Below, in pieces: positions 18,603-27,682 of a stretch of DNA of 64,000 nt (position 1 is the stretch's first letter; each line of letters opens with the position of its first letter). The notes beneath the pieces are model-generated. The model was not told the DNA's origin and searched no databases. It worked only from the letters and a program-made list of their open reading frames with translations. This stretch comes from Candidatus Thorarchaeota archaeon. Lineage in GTDB: Archaea; Asgardarchaeota; Thorarchaeia; Thorarchaeales; Thorarchaeaceae. The position numbers were made by a program, and so were the translations under genes. The DNA lies in assembly GCA_048884965.1 (NCBI GenBank), contig JBHLQH010000005.1:110157-174156 (forward strand). Reading direction: 5' to 3'.

Positions 18603-19685
18603 CTATTGGTTCTTTGCCTGGAACTCGGTTAGGAACTCTGCAAGCGCTTTAACACCATCTACTGGCATCGCATTATAGATAGAAGCTCTCATGCCTCCAA
18701 CGGATCGATGTCCCTTGAGGCCAATGAGATCCTTCTTGGTTCCCTCTTCAACCACTTTATTCTCAAGTTCTTCACTCGCCATGGTGAAGGTGACATTCAT
18801 GAGTGAACGTGAGTCCTTCTTAGCGTGTCCGCGGTAGAAGCCATCAGAATGATCAATGACATCGTAGATCATCTTTGCCTTGTCACGATTTTGCTTCTCT
18901 ATTTTACCTACTCCTCCAAAGTCCTTCCAGTAATCCAAACATAGCTTGCACATGTATATCGGAAAGACTGGTGGAGTATTAAACATTGAATCTTTGGCAT
19001 GCGTCTTCCATTTGAGCATCGTTGGTGTTTTTTCAGGCACTCGCTCAAGCAAGTCCTCCCTAACGATGACCAATGTAACTCCTGCAGGTCCAAGATTCTT
19101 CTGAGCACCTGCATATATTGCTCCGAAGTTCTTGACATCAACTTCCCTGGCCATTAGGTCTGATGACATATCACATACAAGGGGAACACCATCAGGGGTC
19201 TTTGGAAACTTCTCCCACTGTGTGCCGTAAAGTGTATTGTTGCTGGTAATATGGAGATATGCTGAATCCTTTCCCATAGTATATTCGCTAGGAATATGAT
19301 TGAAGTTCTCGGATTCTGATGAAGCGATGACTTTGACATCACCGTATAGCTTGGCCTCCTTGATGGCTTTCGTTGACCACCCACCTGTGTTGATATACTC
19401 CATGGGTTTCCCTGGCACATGCAAGTTTGCCGCACTCATCATAAATTGAGTTGATGCTCCGCCTCCCAACCACATAATCACGTAGTCGCTTGGGACACGC
19501 ATTAGCTCTCTCACAAGACCTGTTGCCTCATTCATTACTTGCTCCCATTCATCTGAACGATGGGAGATTTCCATTACAGACATTCCAGTGCCCTTGAAGT
19601 CGAGTAACTCCTCTTGTGCTTTCTTTAAAGCAGGTAAGGGGAGAGTTGCAGGACCTGGATAGAAATTGTAGACTCGTTTTGCCAT
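18603..19685 (-). CDS. serC: Phosphoserine aminotransferase (bacterial-type)
   Basis: YNFYPGPA, SVMEISHRS, DMSSD, GAQKNLGPAG, NTPP, GHRSVGGMRAS. Confidence 0.96.
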   Translation of the reverse strand: MAKRVYNFYPGPATLPLPALKKAQEELLDFKGTGMSVMEISHRSDEWEQVMNEATGLVRELMRVPSDYVIMWLGGGASTQFMMSAANLHVPGKPMEYINTGGWSTKAIKEAKLYGDVKVIASSESENFNHIPSEYTMGKDSAYLHITSNNTLYGTQWEKFPKTPDGVPLVCDMSSDLMAREVDVKNFGAIYAGAQKNLGPAGVTLVIVREDLLERVPEKTPTMLKWKTHAKDSMFNTPPVFPIYMCKLCLDYWKDFGGVGKIEKQNRDKAKMIYDVIDHSDGFYRGHAKKDSRSLMNVTFTMASEELENKVVEEGTKKDLIGLKGHRSVGGMRASIYNAMPVDGVKALAEFLTEFQAKNQ

Positions 19686-19702
19686 GTTAATACCCTCTTA
19701 CA

Positions 19703-21034
19703 TTATTTCAGTTTGTTAATTGTGAACCCTGTCCAGATTTTTGGTTGAAAGAATGTGCTCTTCTGAGGCATCACCTCAAAGTTCTTCGAAACCGCTTCTA
19801 CTTCTTTGACCTTTGTGGGGTTCATATAGAACACTGCCTGTGCTTCAGCTTTCACTGAACTAATAGATTCCTCTATCGCATCACCGATTCCTTTGAGATA
19901 GACTACGAATCCGCCTCCTTTCATGGTGCCTTGCTGTAGTTTCTCTTTATCAATGCCAAGCATCTTGTCTAGAATCAATGCATGCAGAATAGACACATCT
20001 AACTTCCGAAGCTCATCTGAGCTTTCCGGTAATATATTCTTCATGATAGTGACATCTTTGAGTGTAAGTGTATAGAAGAAGTCATCATTCATGAAGAGGC
20101 CAAAAGCGTGCCGTTCTTCTTGGAATTGCGATTCCATCATATCGAACATCGCTTCTTTATTATCGAATCGTGATATGGTGAAGAATTCTTCAAGTTTATC
20201 CAATAGAATATCCTTGTCAAAGTCATCAAGATTCTGAATCAATCTATGGGTTGGTAGGACCACTAGACCCGGATTGGATATGTTAACAAAAGTGAGCATT
20301 CGATAACGAGCTGTTTCGAGCGTAGGATTTTCCTTTGAGAGTTTCAGTGCAGTCTTGTATCTATGATGCCCGTCAGCGATTATAACATACTTATCCTTCA
20401 TTAAATGAATGATTTGACTTGTGTCTTCCTGATTGTCTATCTTCCAGATTCTATGACGAACTGATTCATAATCTGTGACATCGATTGCTGCTTCATTCTT
20501 CATCGCCTTTTCTAGGATAGAATCTACTTTGCCTTCGTGGTCAGGATAGATCACGAATATCTGACCAAAATTAGCCATTGAAGCTCGACATAGGCTTAAT
20601 CGATCTATGATGTCTTTGGGTAGGGTTTCTTCATGCTGAAGAACTCCTGCAAATGATCCGGACTTTGGGGCTTCAGTCGCAAACTCCTCTAATTCTATCA
20701 AACCTATGAAGCCAAATCTGAAGAGTTGCTTTCCAAATACTTCAAAATCTTGCCCGTAGACATAGAAAGACTCTTTCTCATCTTGGACTAGAATTTCATC
20801 TCTAATCCATTGTTGAAGATGCTCATTGGCTCTGGTGTACTGATTATTATCGTCTGTATCATTTTCTTGTGGCTTATTCTTAGTAATCCACGCTATGTTA
20901 TACGGCGACAAGGATTGAATCTGATCAACTTTTTCTCCCTTTATGATATCATATGGAGGTGCAACAGTTTTTGAGATATCCTTGATTTTTTCCTTATTAT
21001 ATCTGAAAGCCTTGAAGGGAACTACTCGAACCAT
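19703..21034 (-). CDS. DUF1015 family protein (ParB/Srx-like fold)
   Basis: APPYD, HEET, IADGHHRY, MPQKSTFF; adjacent to serC; start taken at ATG 21034. Confidence 0.88.
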   Translation of the reverse strand: MVRVVPFKAFRYNKEKIKDISKTVAPPYDIIKGEKVDQIQSLSPYNIAWITKNKPQENDTDDNNQYTRANEHLQQWIRDEILVQDEKESFYVYGQDFEVFGKQLFRFGFIGLIELEEFATEAPKSGSFAGVLQHEETLPKDIIDRLSLCRASMANFGQIFVIYPDHEGKVDSILEKAMKNEAAIDVTDYESVRHRIWKIDNQEDTSQIIHLMKDKYVIIADGHHRYKTALKLSKENPTLETARYRMLTFVNISNPGLVVLPTHRLIQNLDDFDKDILLDKLEEFFTISRFDNKEAMFDMMESQFQEERHAFGLFMNDDFFYTLTLKDVTIMKNILPESSDELRKLDVSILHALILDKMLGIDKEKLQQGTMKGGGFVVYLKGIGDAIEESISSVKAEAQAVFYMNPTKVKEVEAVSKNFEVMPQKSTFFQPKIWTGFTINKLK

Positions 21035-21199
21035 ATAGGTCACTCCTGTATGAAATGGACCAGTGAGCGCTTCGCCGCAGGATGCTAGACATAAGTCTTT
21101 CTCATTATGAAATAAACTAATAACGGTTGAATCCCCTATAGTCAAACTTAAATTCATACCATGCGCGTGCACGCGAACCAAAACATTGGGGGTTTCCTT

Positions 21200-21460
21200 A
21201 TGGAGTTCTGCGAGAAGTGTGGTGCTCTAATGCTACCATCAAAAAAGGACGACAAGAAGACTGTTCTGAAGTGTCGTGAATGTGGGCATGAGAAGAGCAT
21301 GAAGCCTGATGGATATAAGGTTGAATTTCGTGTTAAACATTCACCAAAAGAGAAAATTGTCGTCGTGGAAGAGGACGATCGACAGTTCGAAGAGCTCACT
21401 GAGGATGAGAAGAGAGAACGAAGGAAGGAGATTCTTGAGTTCTACGAATCTGAGGATTAG
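21200..21460 (+). CDS. RpoM/TFS-like zinc-ribbon protein lacking the C-terminal ribbon
   Basis: MEFCEKCGALMLP...LKCRECG; ends in a charged tail with no second CxxC pair. Confidence 0.8.
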   Translation: MEFCEKCGALMLPSKKDDKKTVLKCRECGHEKSMKPDGYKVEFRVKHSPKEKIVVVEEDDRQFEELTEDEKRERRKEILEFYESED

Positions 21461-21597
21461 GCTCCACTTTCTCTGAATAACCTTTAAGTTCAGCGAATGA
21501 TATGACAATCTAGTGGAATAAATGGACTCTAGAAGTCGTTGCCACCTCCTTTTGTCAACCTTGGTACAAGATTTCAGAAATAGCTGGAGGAAATAAA

Positions 21598-22476
21598 TTG
21601 AATAAAATGAACAACTCTTTGATTCACGATGTCCAAACCTATATTCTTGAGAACGGCACCGCCGTTGATATTTTGAGACTGGTTTCTGCAGGATATGAGA
21701 TTCCTTCATCTGTAATTGACGAGGCCTTAGTAAAACTCAAGGCTTTGCAGAACACAGATGGTGGAATTCCTTTTGACCTAACTCGAGGTAATCCGAGTTC
21801 AGCTAAATTGACAGCTGAAATATTACCTCTTCTCCTTAGATTCAGAGAGTTGTATCCTGAACTCATTAACGCCATGATTTCCTTCTTGATTTCCAGGCAA
21901 AAGAAAGACGGAGGATTTGCAGAGACTCTGAACTTGGACTCATACATTGAGGACAAATACGGTTCAACAGAAGGCAGAGAATGGTATCCTGTTGGAAAAA
22001 GCATCACTTGGTTGACAGGAAAAGCATTGGAAGCTCTTGTGTTAGTTAATTATGACGATCAGGAGCGCCTTCGACGTTCAAGAGATTTCCTCATGTATTC
22101 TCAAAATGAGGACGGGAATTGGCCTGACTACCCTGACCATAGCGAGTCAGATCCACTAGGCACTGGAAACATATTACCTGCATTGCTCGCTATAGGAGTA
22201 GACTCGAATCATAAAGTATACAGAGGCGGCCGAGCTGCGCTCCTTCACCATCTAGTTACTTCAATCGAGAACAATTCGACATATGATATGGTAGATCTTA
22301 CTGCCGTAGGAAAACCTGAAACGCCACAAGAACGGGATGTGATTCTTCGGGGCTTGAATCTAATTATGGTTTCCCAGAACCACGATGGAGGTTGGGCTCC
22401 AGTAGGTACTAAGAAGAGTGATCCCGAGCTTAGCTCTATCCTTGCTTATGTTGCGAAGATATGTTCCAAATATTGA
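21598..22476 (+). CDS. Prenyltransferase/squalene-oxidase repeat (QW-motif) protein
   Basis: Four QxxDGG/W repeats: LQNTDGG, RQKKDGGF, SQNEDGNW, SQNHDGGW. Confidence 0.8.
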   Translation: MNKMNNSLIHDVQTYILENGTAVDILRLVSAGYEIPSSVIDEALVKLKALQNTDGGIPFDLTRGNPSSAKLTAEILPLLLRFRELYPELINAMISFLISRQKKDGGFAETLNLDSYIEDKYGSTEGREWYPVGKSITWLTGKALEALVLVNYDDQERLRRSRDFLMYSQNEDGNWPDYPDHSESDPLGTGNILPALLAIGVDSNHKVYRGGRAALLHHLVTSIENNSTYDMVDLTAVGKPETPQERDVILRGLNLIMVSQNHDGGWAPVGTKKSDPELSSILAYVAKICSKY

Positions 22477-22488
22477 AGTGGTGATGTC

Positions 22489-22998
22489 TTGGTAGACAAG
22501 AGAGTAGCTATCCTGCGGCGTGGAGGTTTCTATGTCGCAGGTGTGTTTACCCTTAACGGGATATTTTCTTGTAATCTACCAGAGAAGTCACGAGCTGCTG
22601 CAATATCCTCTGTTAGCGCGCAAGGACTTGTTGAAGAAAGACGTTCAGAGGATCTGCAGATTCTTGGGTATATCTTCGATATCATTGGAGGAATCAGAAT
22701 CGACCCAAATCTAGTGAGATTTGATTTCTCTGGATTCACAGACAAGCAAATCCGCGTCCTGAAGAGCACACTGAAAATCCCATTTGGTGAAACACGAACA
22801 TATGAAGGAATAGCCAATGATGCAGGACTTGAAGGTGCTTATCGATTTGTAGGAAATGTGATGGCATCCAATAGGTTTCCTCCATTGATTCCCTGCCATC
22901 GTGTCGTGGCAAAAAATGGGATTGGTGGCTACGGTGCAGGTGATGGAATTCCTACAAAAGTCGCTCTTTTAAAAGCAGAAAGAGCATTCGCGGATTAA
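22489..22998 (+). CDS. ogt: Methylated-DNA--protein-cysteine methyltransferase
   Basis: IPFGETRTY, RFVG, PCHRV active site. Confidence 0.92.
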   Translation: MVDKRVAILRRGGFYVAGVFTLNGIFSCNLPEKSRAAAISSVSAQGLVEERRSEDLQILGYIFDIIGGIRIDPNLVRFDFSGFTDKQIRVLKSTLKIPFGETRTYEGIANDAGLEGAYRFVGNVMASNRFPPLIPCHRVVAKNGIGGYGAGDGIPTKVALLKAERAFAD

Positions 22999-23053
22999 TT
23001 TCTCAGAATCCTTTATTTTGATTGTATTATTCAAAGGCATGGGACCTATCCTT

Positions 23054-23549
23054 AATGGGAGTGAAGTTGGTGAACCTTAAGGTAAGAAGAAACGGGGACT
23101 TAATAGAACTCCGCAAAGTTGAACTGGAAACACTCAGTCCACCACTATTCAGAACACTGATTGGCTACAACTCGCTGAAGCGACTTGGCTATTCAATATC
23201 TTTTATTCGACCTAAGAAGAGTTCCAGTGGTGACTTTGAGAGGATCCGGTACAACTTCATTGAACGTGGAGCAATGACGAGACAACTGGAAGACAATCTT
23301 GAACCTGATATGAAAAGGGGAATTTTGAACCAATTACCTCGTGGGGATTTCTCGATAGTACTTCTATTAACACAAATTCCAAGAAGAGGAGTCAACATTC
23401 GATTGGATAAGTTCGAATACGAGTTCTTGGGCTGCATTTTGATGCGCAATGATGAGGTCCTTGATGTCGTAATGAACAGCACTCCAACACGTGATATTCT
23501 CTTACCACAATACGAAGGCGTTGAAACCCCAGTATCTGAAGCAGCATAG
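23054..23549 (+). CDS. Hypothetical protein
   Basis: Co-directional ORF; start uncertain (23022-23054). Confidence 0.65.
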
Positions 23550-23554
23550 ATGCA

Positions 23555-23713
23555 CTAGAGTTCGCGAGTGACGGGAGTAATTCTCTCTTCGAGTTCTCTA
23601 AGTGCTATTCTTTTCTTTCTTGTTTTATTCGCCTGTATGGCAGATCTTCCAAATAGTATGGCTAATGGTGCGCCCCACCAAATAAGAATGAAGAGTAGTG
23701 AATCTGTCTGCAT
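23555..23713 (-). CDS. 52-aa single-TM small protein (not in ORF track)
   Basis: MQTDSLLFILIWWGAPLAILFGRSAIQANKTRKKRIALRELEERITPVTREL; fills the gap; TM followed by a basic stretch. Confidence 0.55.
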   Translation of the reverse strand: MQTDSLLFILIWWGAPLAILFGRSAIQANKTRKKRIALRELEERITPVTREL

Positions 23714-23824
23714 TGTTATTTCAACAAGTTCTCGTAATTGAATTATATTAAGGCTACCGCCCAGTGCATTTTACATCGCTCATCTTTATCAGGGGAGTGA
23801 TTCTTCTTTTTGTTGTGAATCTTG

Positions 23825-25495
23825 ATGTCGAAAAGTAGCACTCGACAGATACCAAAAGCTCTTGCGGATTTTGGTGAGAAGCAGTTTGAAGAAACAGGCC
23901 CTGATTCCGTAGAGGTATTGAGGGTAAAGGCTTCTACGATTCGGAAATATTGGTCGAGGCTTCAAGGGATCGCCTATCTTGTGGCAGTCATTAGTTCGGA
24001 TCGAGTTCGTGTATACTTCTTCAATGCAAATGCTGTGATGCTTGTTGGTGAAAATATTGATCATGACCAATACATTAAGGTTCGCGGAAAATCAAAACTC
24101 ATAAGAAAATATGAACGTCCAAAGCCTCCGACAGAGCTAGAGCTTAGGATGGAAGCAACTGAAGAGGTTCGATCCGCACTGGCAAAGGCACTCAAACGTG
24201 TTTCAAGATTCCTAGGTGAAAAGGAACCTGACTTTCCTAATATCTACGTTTCCAAATCATTGGAGTTTGGTTCACCACAGGCATTTGGCTTGAAGATTGA
24301 TGACGATGGGTCTTTCCTCTTCTTGGAATCCCATACTACTCCTTCCAATCTAGATGTATTGACTCTTAGAAGTGCGTTCCTCACTCTTTTGGACCGACAA
24401 CGAGCACGATTGGAGCTCTCGCAATGTGTTGCAAACGGTATTACTGCAATGCTTCTTAAAGACAAGCCTAGACAAGATTGGATCAAACGGTGGCTTGATG
24501 CAACTAAGGATACGGAGTTTCAAGGCATCGTACTGCATCTGGTCAAACATCTTGAAAGCTATGGATCGAATGGAATATCTAGGATTCTTCATCTTATTCG
24601 AAAAGCGCCTTTGTCAAGCCAAATCGAAAAGTGGGAAGACGCACTTTATGTAATCCATCGCTATCATGAAGTCAATCTAGGTACAGAAGCTTGGCCATTG
24701 GTAGATGGATTTTGCAGGTCGCTCGAAAAATCAAGAAGTCTTGTCAAGAACAGATATACCTTGGACGCAATACATCTTTCTCCCAGAGTCATCTGCAATG
24801 TTGTTCCTCTGGGCTTGAATCTTTTTGCAAACATTCATGAAAGATCTCAGGGACTCGATGAGCCTTGGCTCTCCATCGGATTCCTCGAAGGATCGAGACA
24901 AGCAAGTTTCGTATTGGATACCAAATCTGGAACCTTTGTTGAATCCATATCATATCATCTAAGATTAGATGATGTCTTCCCTAAACATGGCGGGATCCTA
25001 TCCACTGGAAAAGATATCTTGCGATGGGCTTTATCCAAATTATCGGTCTTTGATCACGATCCTGCAACATTTGAGATCAAACTCCCTATGAAGGATGCAG
25101 TCTTGACAGAGGCCGAAAAGGCGGTCCTTGAGAGATTATCTCTAGGAGACCCCGACATCCTATCTAATACGTTGGTCGGTTCCCCCCAGAGGATTGAATC
25201 ATTGGTGAATTCCGGTTGTATCGCAATTATTCCATCCTTCGCACACATAGGCGTTGAACCGAACTATTTGGTTCGTGGCAATATAGATACAATAAACAAA
25301 TTGATTCTTCCTTGCGTACTTGAAGCAACCGTAATAGAAACTGAGCAAGACGCTTATGCGGTGGTGTCTGCCCCTTCTGTTTGGGGCCGCCAGTTAACTA
25401 GTAGCAGTTGTGATTCGGATTTGAACCTCTACGTACTGAATTCCATTGAGTCTCCACGCGCTATAGTCAGAGAGGAGAAGATATTCAGTAAGTGA
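23825..25495 (+). CDS. Hypothetical protein, possible Lrp/AsnC-like C-terminal region
   Basis: 556-aa ORF; LTEAEKAVLERL...LVNSGCIAIIPSFAHIG. Confidence 0.7.
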   Translation: MSKSSTRQIPKALADFGEKQFEETGPDSVEVLRVKASTIRKYWSRLQGIAYLVAVISSDRVRVYFFNANAVMLVGENIDHDQYIKVRGKSKLIRKYERPKPPTELELRMEATEEVRSALAKALKRVSRFLGEKEPDFPNIYVSKSLEFGSPQAFGLKIDDDGSFLFLESHTTPSNLDVLTLRSAFLTLLDRQRARLELSQCVANGITAMLLKDKPRQDWIKRWLDATKDTEFQGIVLHLVKHLESYGSNGISRILHLIRKAPLSSQIEKWEDALYVIHRYHEVNLGTEAWPLVDGFCRSLEKSRSLVKNRYTLDAIHLSPRVICNVVPLGLNLFANIHERSQGLDEPWLSIGFLEGSRQASFVLDTKSGTFVESISYHLRLDDVFPKHGGILSTGKDILRWALSKLSVFDHDPATFEIKLPMKDAVLTEAEKAVLERLSLGDPDILSNTLVGSPQRIESLVNSGCIAIIPSFAHIGVEPNYLVRGNIDTINKLILPCVLEATVIETEQDAYAVVSAPSVWGRQLTSSSCDSDLNLYVLNSIESPRAIVREEKIFSK

Positions 25496-25519
25496 AAACT
25501 GGTAAGACAGCTGGGCTTC

Positions 25520-27601
25520 CTATGATAAGTCACCTATTGATGAATTGAAGATAGTATCAACTAGCTCTTCCGCTTTATCAAAGGTATCGTCTTTTATTCC
25601 TTCAAGAGTAATAGATGGATAGATGTCTTCAAATGCCTTTGCAAACTCTCGCAAGAGATAGCGAATATCAAAGGATTCCTCCTCCGCGATCAAGGTTACG
25701 ATTCTTCTCTCGGTATGTTCCATCATTAGAGTAAAACCTTCGTGATTGATAGATCGTAGCATGCCGATTTTGCCCATCACCTCATTTGAGAAGGTCGTTA
25801 TTGCAGAGATGAAACCACTCACTAGACCACTATCCATTTCCATCTCTGAATCAAATTGATGGACAAATTCCGATAATCCTGATTCTTTACAAAGAGTTAG
25901 TAGTATGTAAAGCGCAGGTCTAGGTACCTGTCTCAATTGACCTGCAGGCTTGAACGCAGCTACGCGTTGCATCTTCTTTGATAAATCTGGACTCGGTGCT
26001 GGAACCACTTGCTTTCCAGCAATCAGATTCAATCTGTTCTCCGCTTGGGCCAGGAGTCTACTATCTTCTACATATGCCGCGACGCTCTTCGCTCTCTCCG
26101 CATCTCCCTTGGCCTCGAGTTTCTTACCTGCTAGCCTAAGGACATCGCTTCGAAGTAGTAGCGCTTCTGCATAGAGGTGTTGAAGTCCTTGTTCCTTTGC
26201 AATCTGAATGAGATCATCAAGATGATATATTGCTTGACTAACTTCTTCCTCTGCACCCTCATCCTGATAGGATTGCATATGCGTTTGAGCAAGATTCAGC
26301 TCGCTTCTAACTAGAATCTCGAAAAGATTATTCTCCCGTCCGATTCTCAGTGCTTCTTCATAGCTCTTGACTGCCAATTTCCATTTCTTGTTTGCCGCTT
26401 CCACCGCACCTTTCGCTACTTGATAGGCTGCTTTATGAAGTGGCTTCTCAGACTCTGTAACTTTATCTCTAGTGATTTTCAGGTATTTCCTTGCTTCCTT
26501 TTCTTGTCCTGTACGTGCCAAAAGAATGACATACCAAGCATATACCTCTATTGTACCAAATTGAGTCTTCTCCTCGATTCTGATTGCTTCGTTCAGGTAT
26601 TTGTGTGCTTCATCATACCTTCCAAGAGTAAAAGCTATCTCACCAAGATTCGCCAAAGGTGCTGTCTTTGCAGCATCCATATCCATGATATCATACGCTT
26701 TTTTGTAAAACTCCAATGCTTCCTCAAGATTTAGACTGTTGTGACGCAATGTCCCTAGATTATTGTAAGCCATTCCTAGCCCAAGGTTGAATGATAGAAT
26801 CTCACTGATCTCCTTCACTCGAAGATAGTGCTTTTCGGCGTCTTGACATTCTCCTGACAGATTGCATATGTTCCCTCTCAGATTTTCAGAAAGCGCTAGA
26901 AACATTCGATGATTACCTTTCAATGCCATATCTTGTAGAGTATCATTGATTCTTGATGCCCTTGCGGCCTGTCCTACAACTCTCAGCAGGTCTCCAACTA
27001 CGTAGAGGGTGAACATGGTTTCAGTCAGGGGCTCTTCTACTTGCTCCGGATAGGTCTCTAGGAGATTATCAAACTCCATCACTGCAACTACTACGCTAGT
27101 ATCTCTTTCAGCTGCTGCCAATAGAACTCTCACTGTACTCAATCTAACTTTATCCGAAGGTGGTGAGTCCTCAGTTACTCCTTCTTCCATCTGCTTCAGA
27201 GCTTCTCTAAGTCCTTCTGCATCAGATAAGGCAAAAAGAACAATGCTTCGAAGACTTAGCACTTCAATACTTGTCAAACCTGTGGATAGGAATAAGGCTT
27301 CAGCCATTCTCCCTCTCGTGAGGCATGATTGCAATCCAAGCGCAATTATATCCGGCCTAGGATTCTCTTTCATACATTCCTTGGTTGCCGCATCAATCGA
27401 TACATCTGTAAATGCCGCGAATAGGTTTTGCCCCTCACTCATCTTCGCCTTTATTCCACTGAATATTTCATCCCAAGGAATTTGGGTCGAACCTTTCAAA
27501 TGAATGAATTCAGGGGGAACCTCCATCACGTTCAAGACAAGCACTACTCCACGAGCTTGCATAAATGCGTATTGGGTCTTGCGGTTTCGGCGTCGTTTCA
27601 T
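25520..27601 (-). CDS. TPR protein with C-terminal longin-like domain
   Basis: TPR motifs (AYNNLG, LANLG...A..YLNEAI); C-terminal SGL...DSGLVSGFISAITTFSNE...EFAKAFE; start may be further downstream. Confidence 0.8.
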   Translation of the reverse strand: MKRRRNRKTQYAFMQARGVVLVLNVMEVPPEFIHLKGSTQIPWDEIFSGIKAKMSEGQNLFAAFTDVSIDAATKECMKENPRPDIIALGLQSCLTRGRMAEALFLSTGLTSIEVLSLRSIVLFALSDAEGLREALKQMEEGVTEDSPPSDKVRLSTVRVLLAAAERDTSVVVAVMEFDNLLETYPEQVEEPLTETMFTLYVVGDLLRVVGQAARASRINDTLQDMALKGNHRMFLALSENLRGNICNLSGECQDAEKHYLRVKEISEILSFNLGLGMAYNNLGTLRHNSLNLEEALEFYKKAYDIMDMDAAKTAPLANLGEIAFTLGRYDEAHKYLNEAIRIEEKTQFGTIEVYAWYVILLARTGQEKEARKYLKITRDKVTESEKPLHKAAYQVAKGAVEAANKKWKLAVKSYEEALRIGRENNLFEILVRSELNLAQTHMQSYQDEGAEEEVSQAIYHLDDLIQIAKEQGLQHLYAEALLLRSDVLRLAGKKLEAKGDAERAKSVAAYVEDSRLLAQAENRLNLIAGKQVVPAPSPDLSKKMQRVAAFKPAGQLRQVPRPALYILLTLCKESGLSEFVHQFDSEMEMDSGLVSGFISAITTFSNEVMGKIGMLRSINHEGFTLMMEHTERRIVTLIAEEESFDIRYLLREFAKAFEDIYPSITLEGIKDDTFDKAEELVDTIFNSSIGDLS

Positions 27602-27682
27602 TTCGGGCGTGAATCATAATATTCATAGAGCATTCATCTTTCTCTTCGCACTATACAAAAAGTCTATTGGAGATGATAATCT

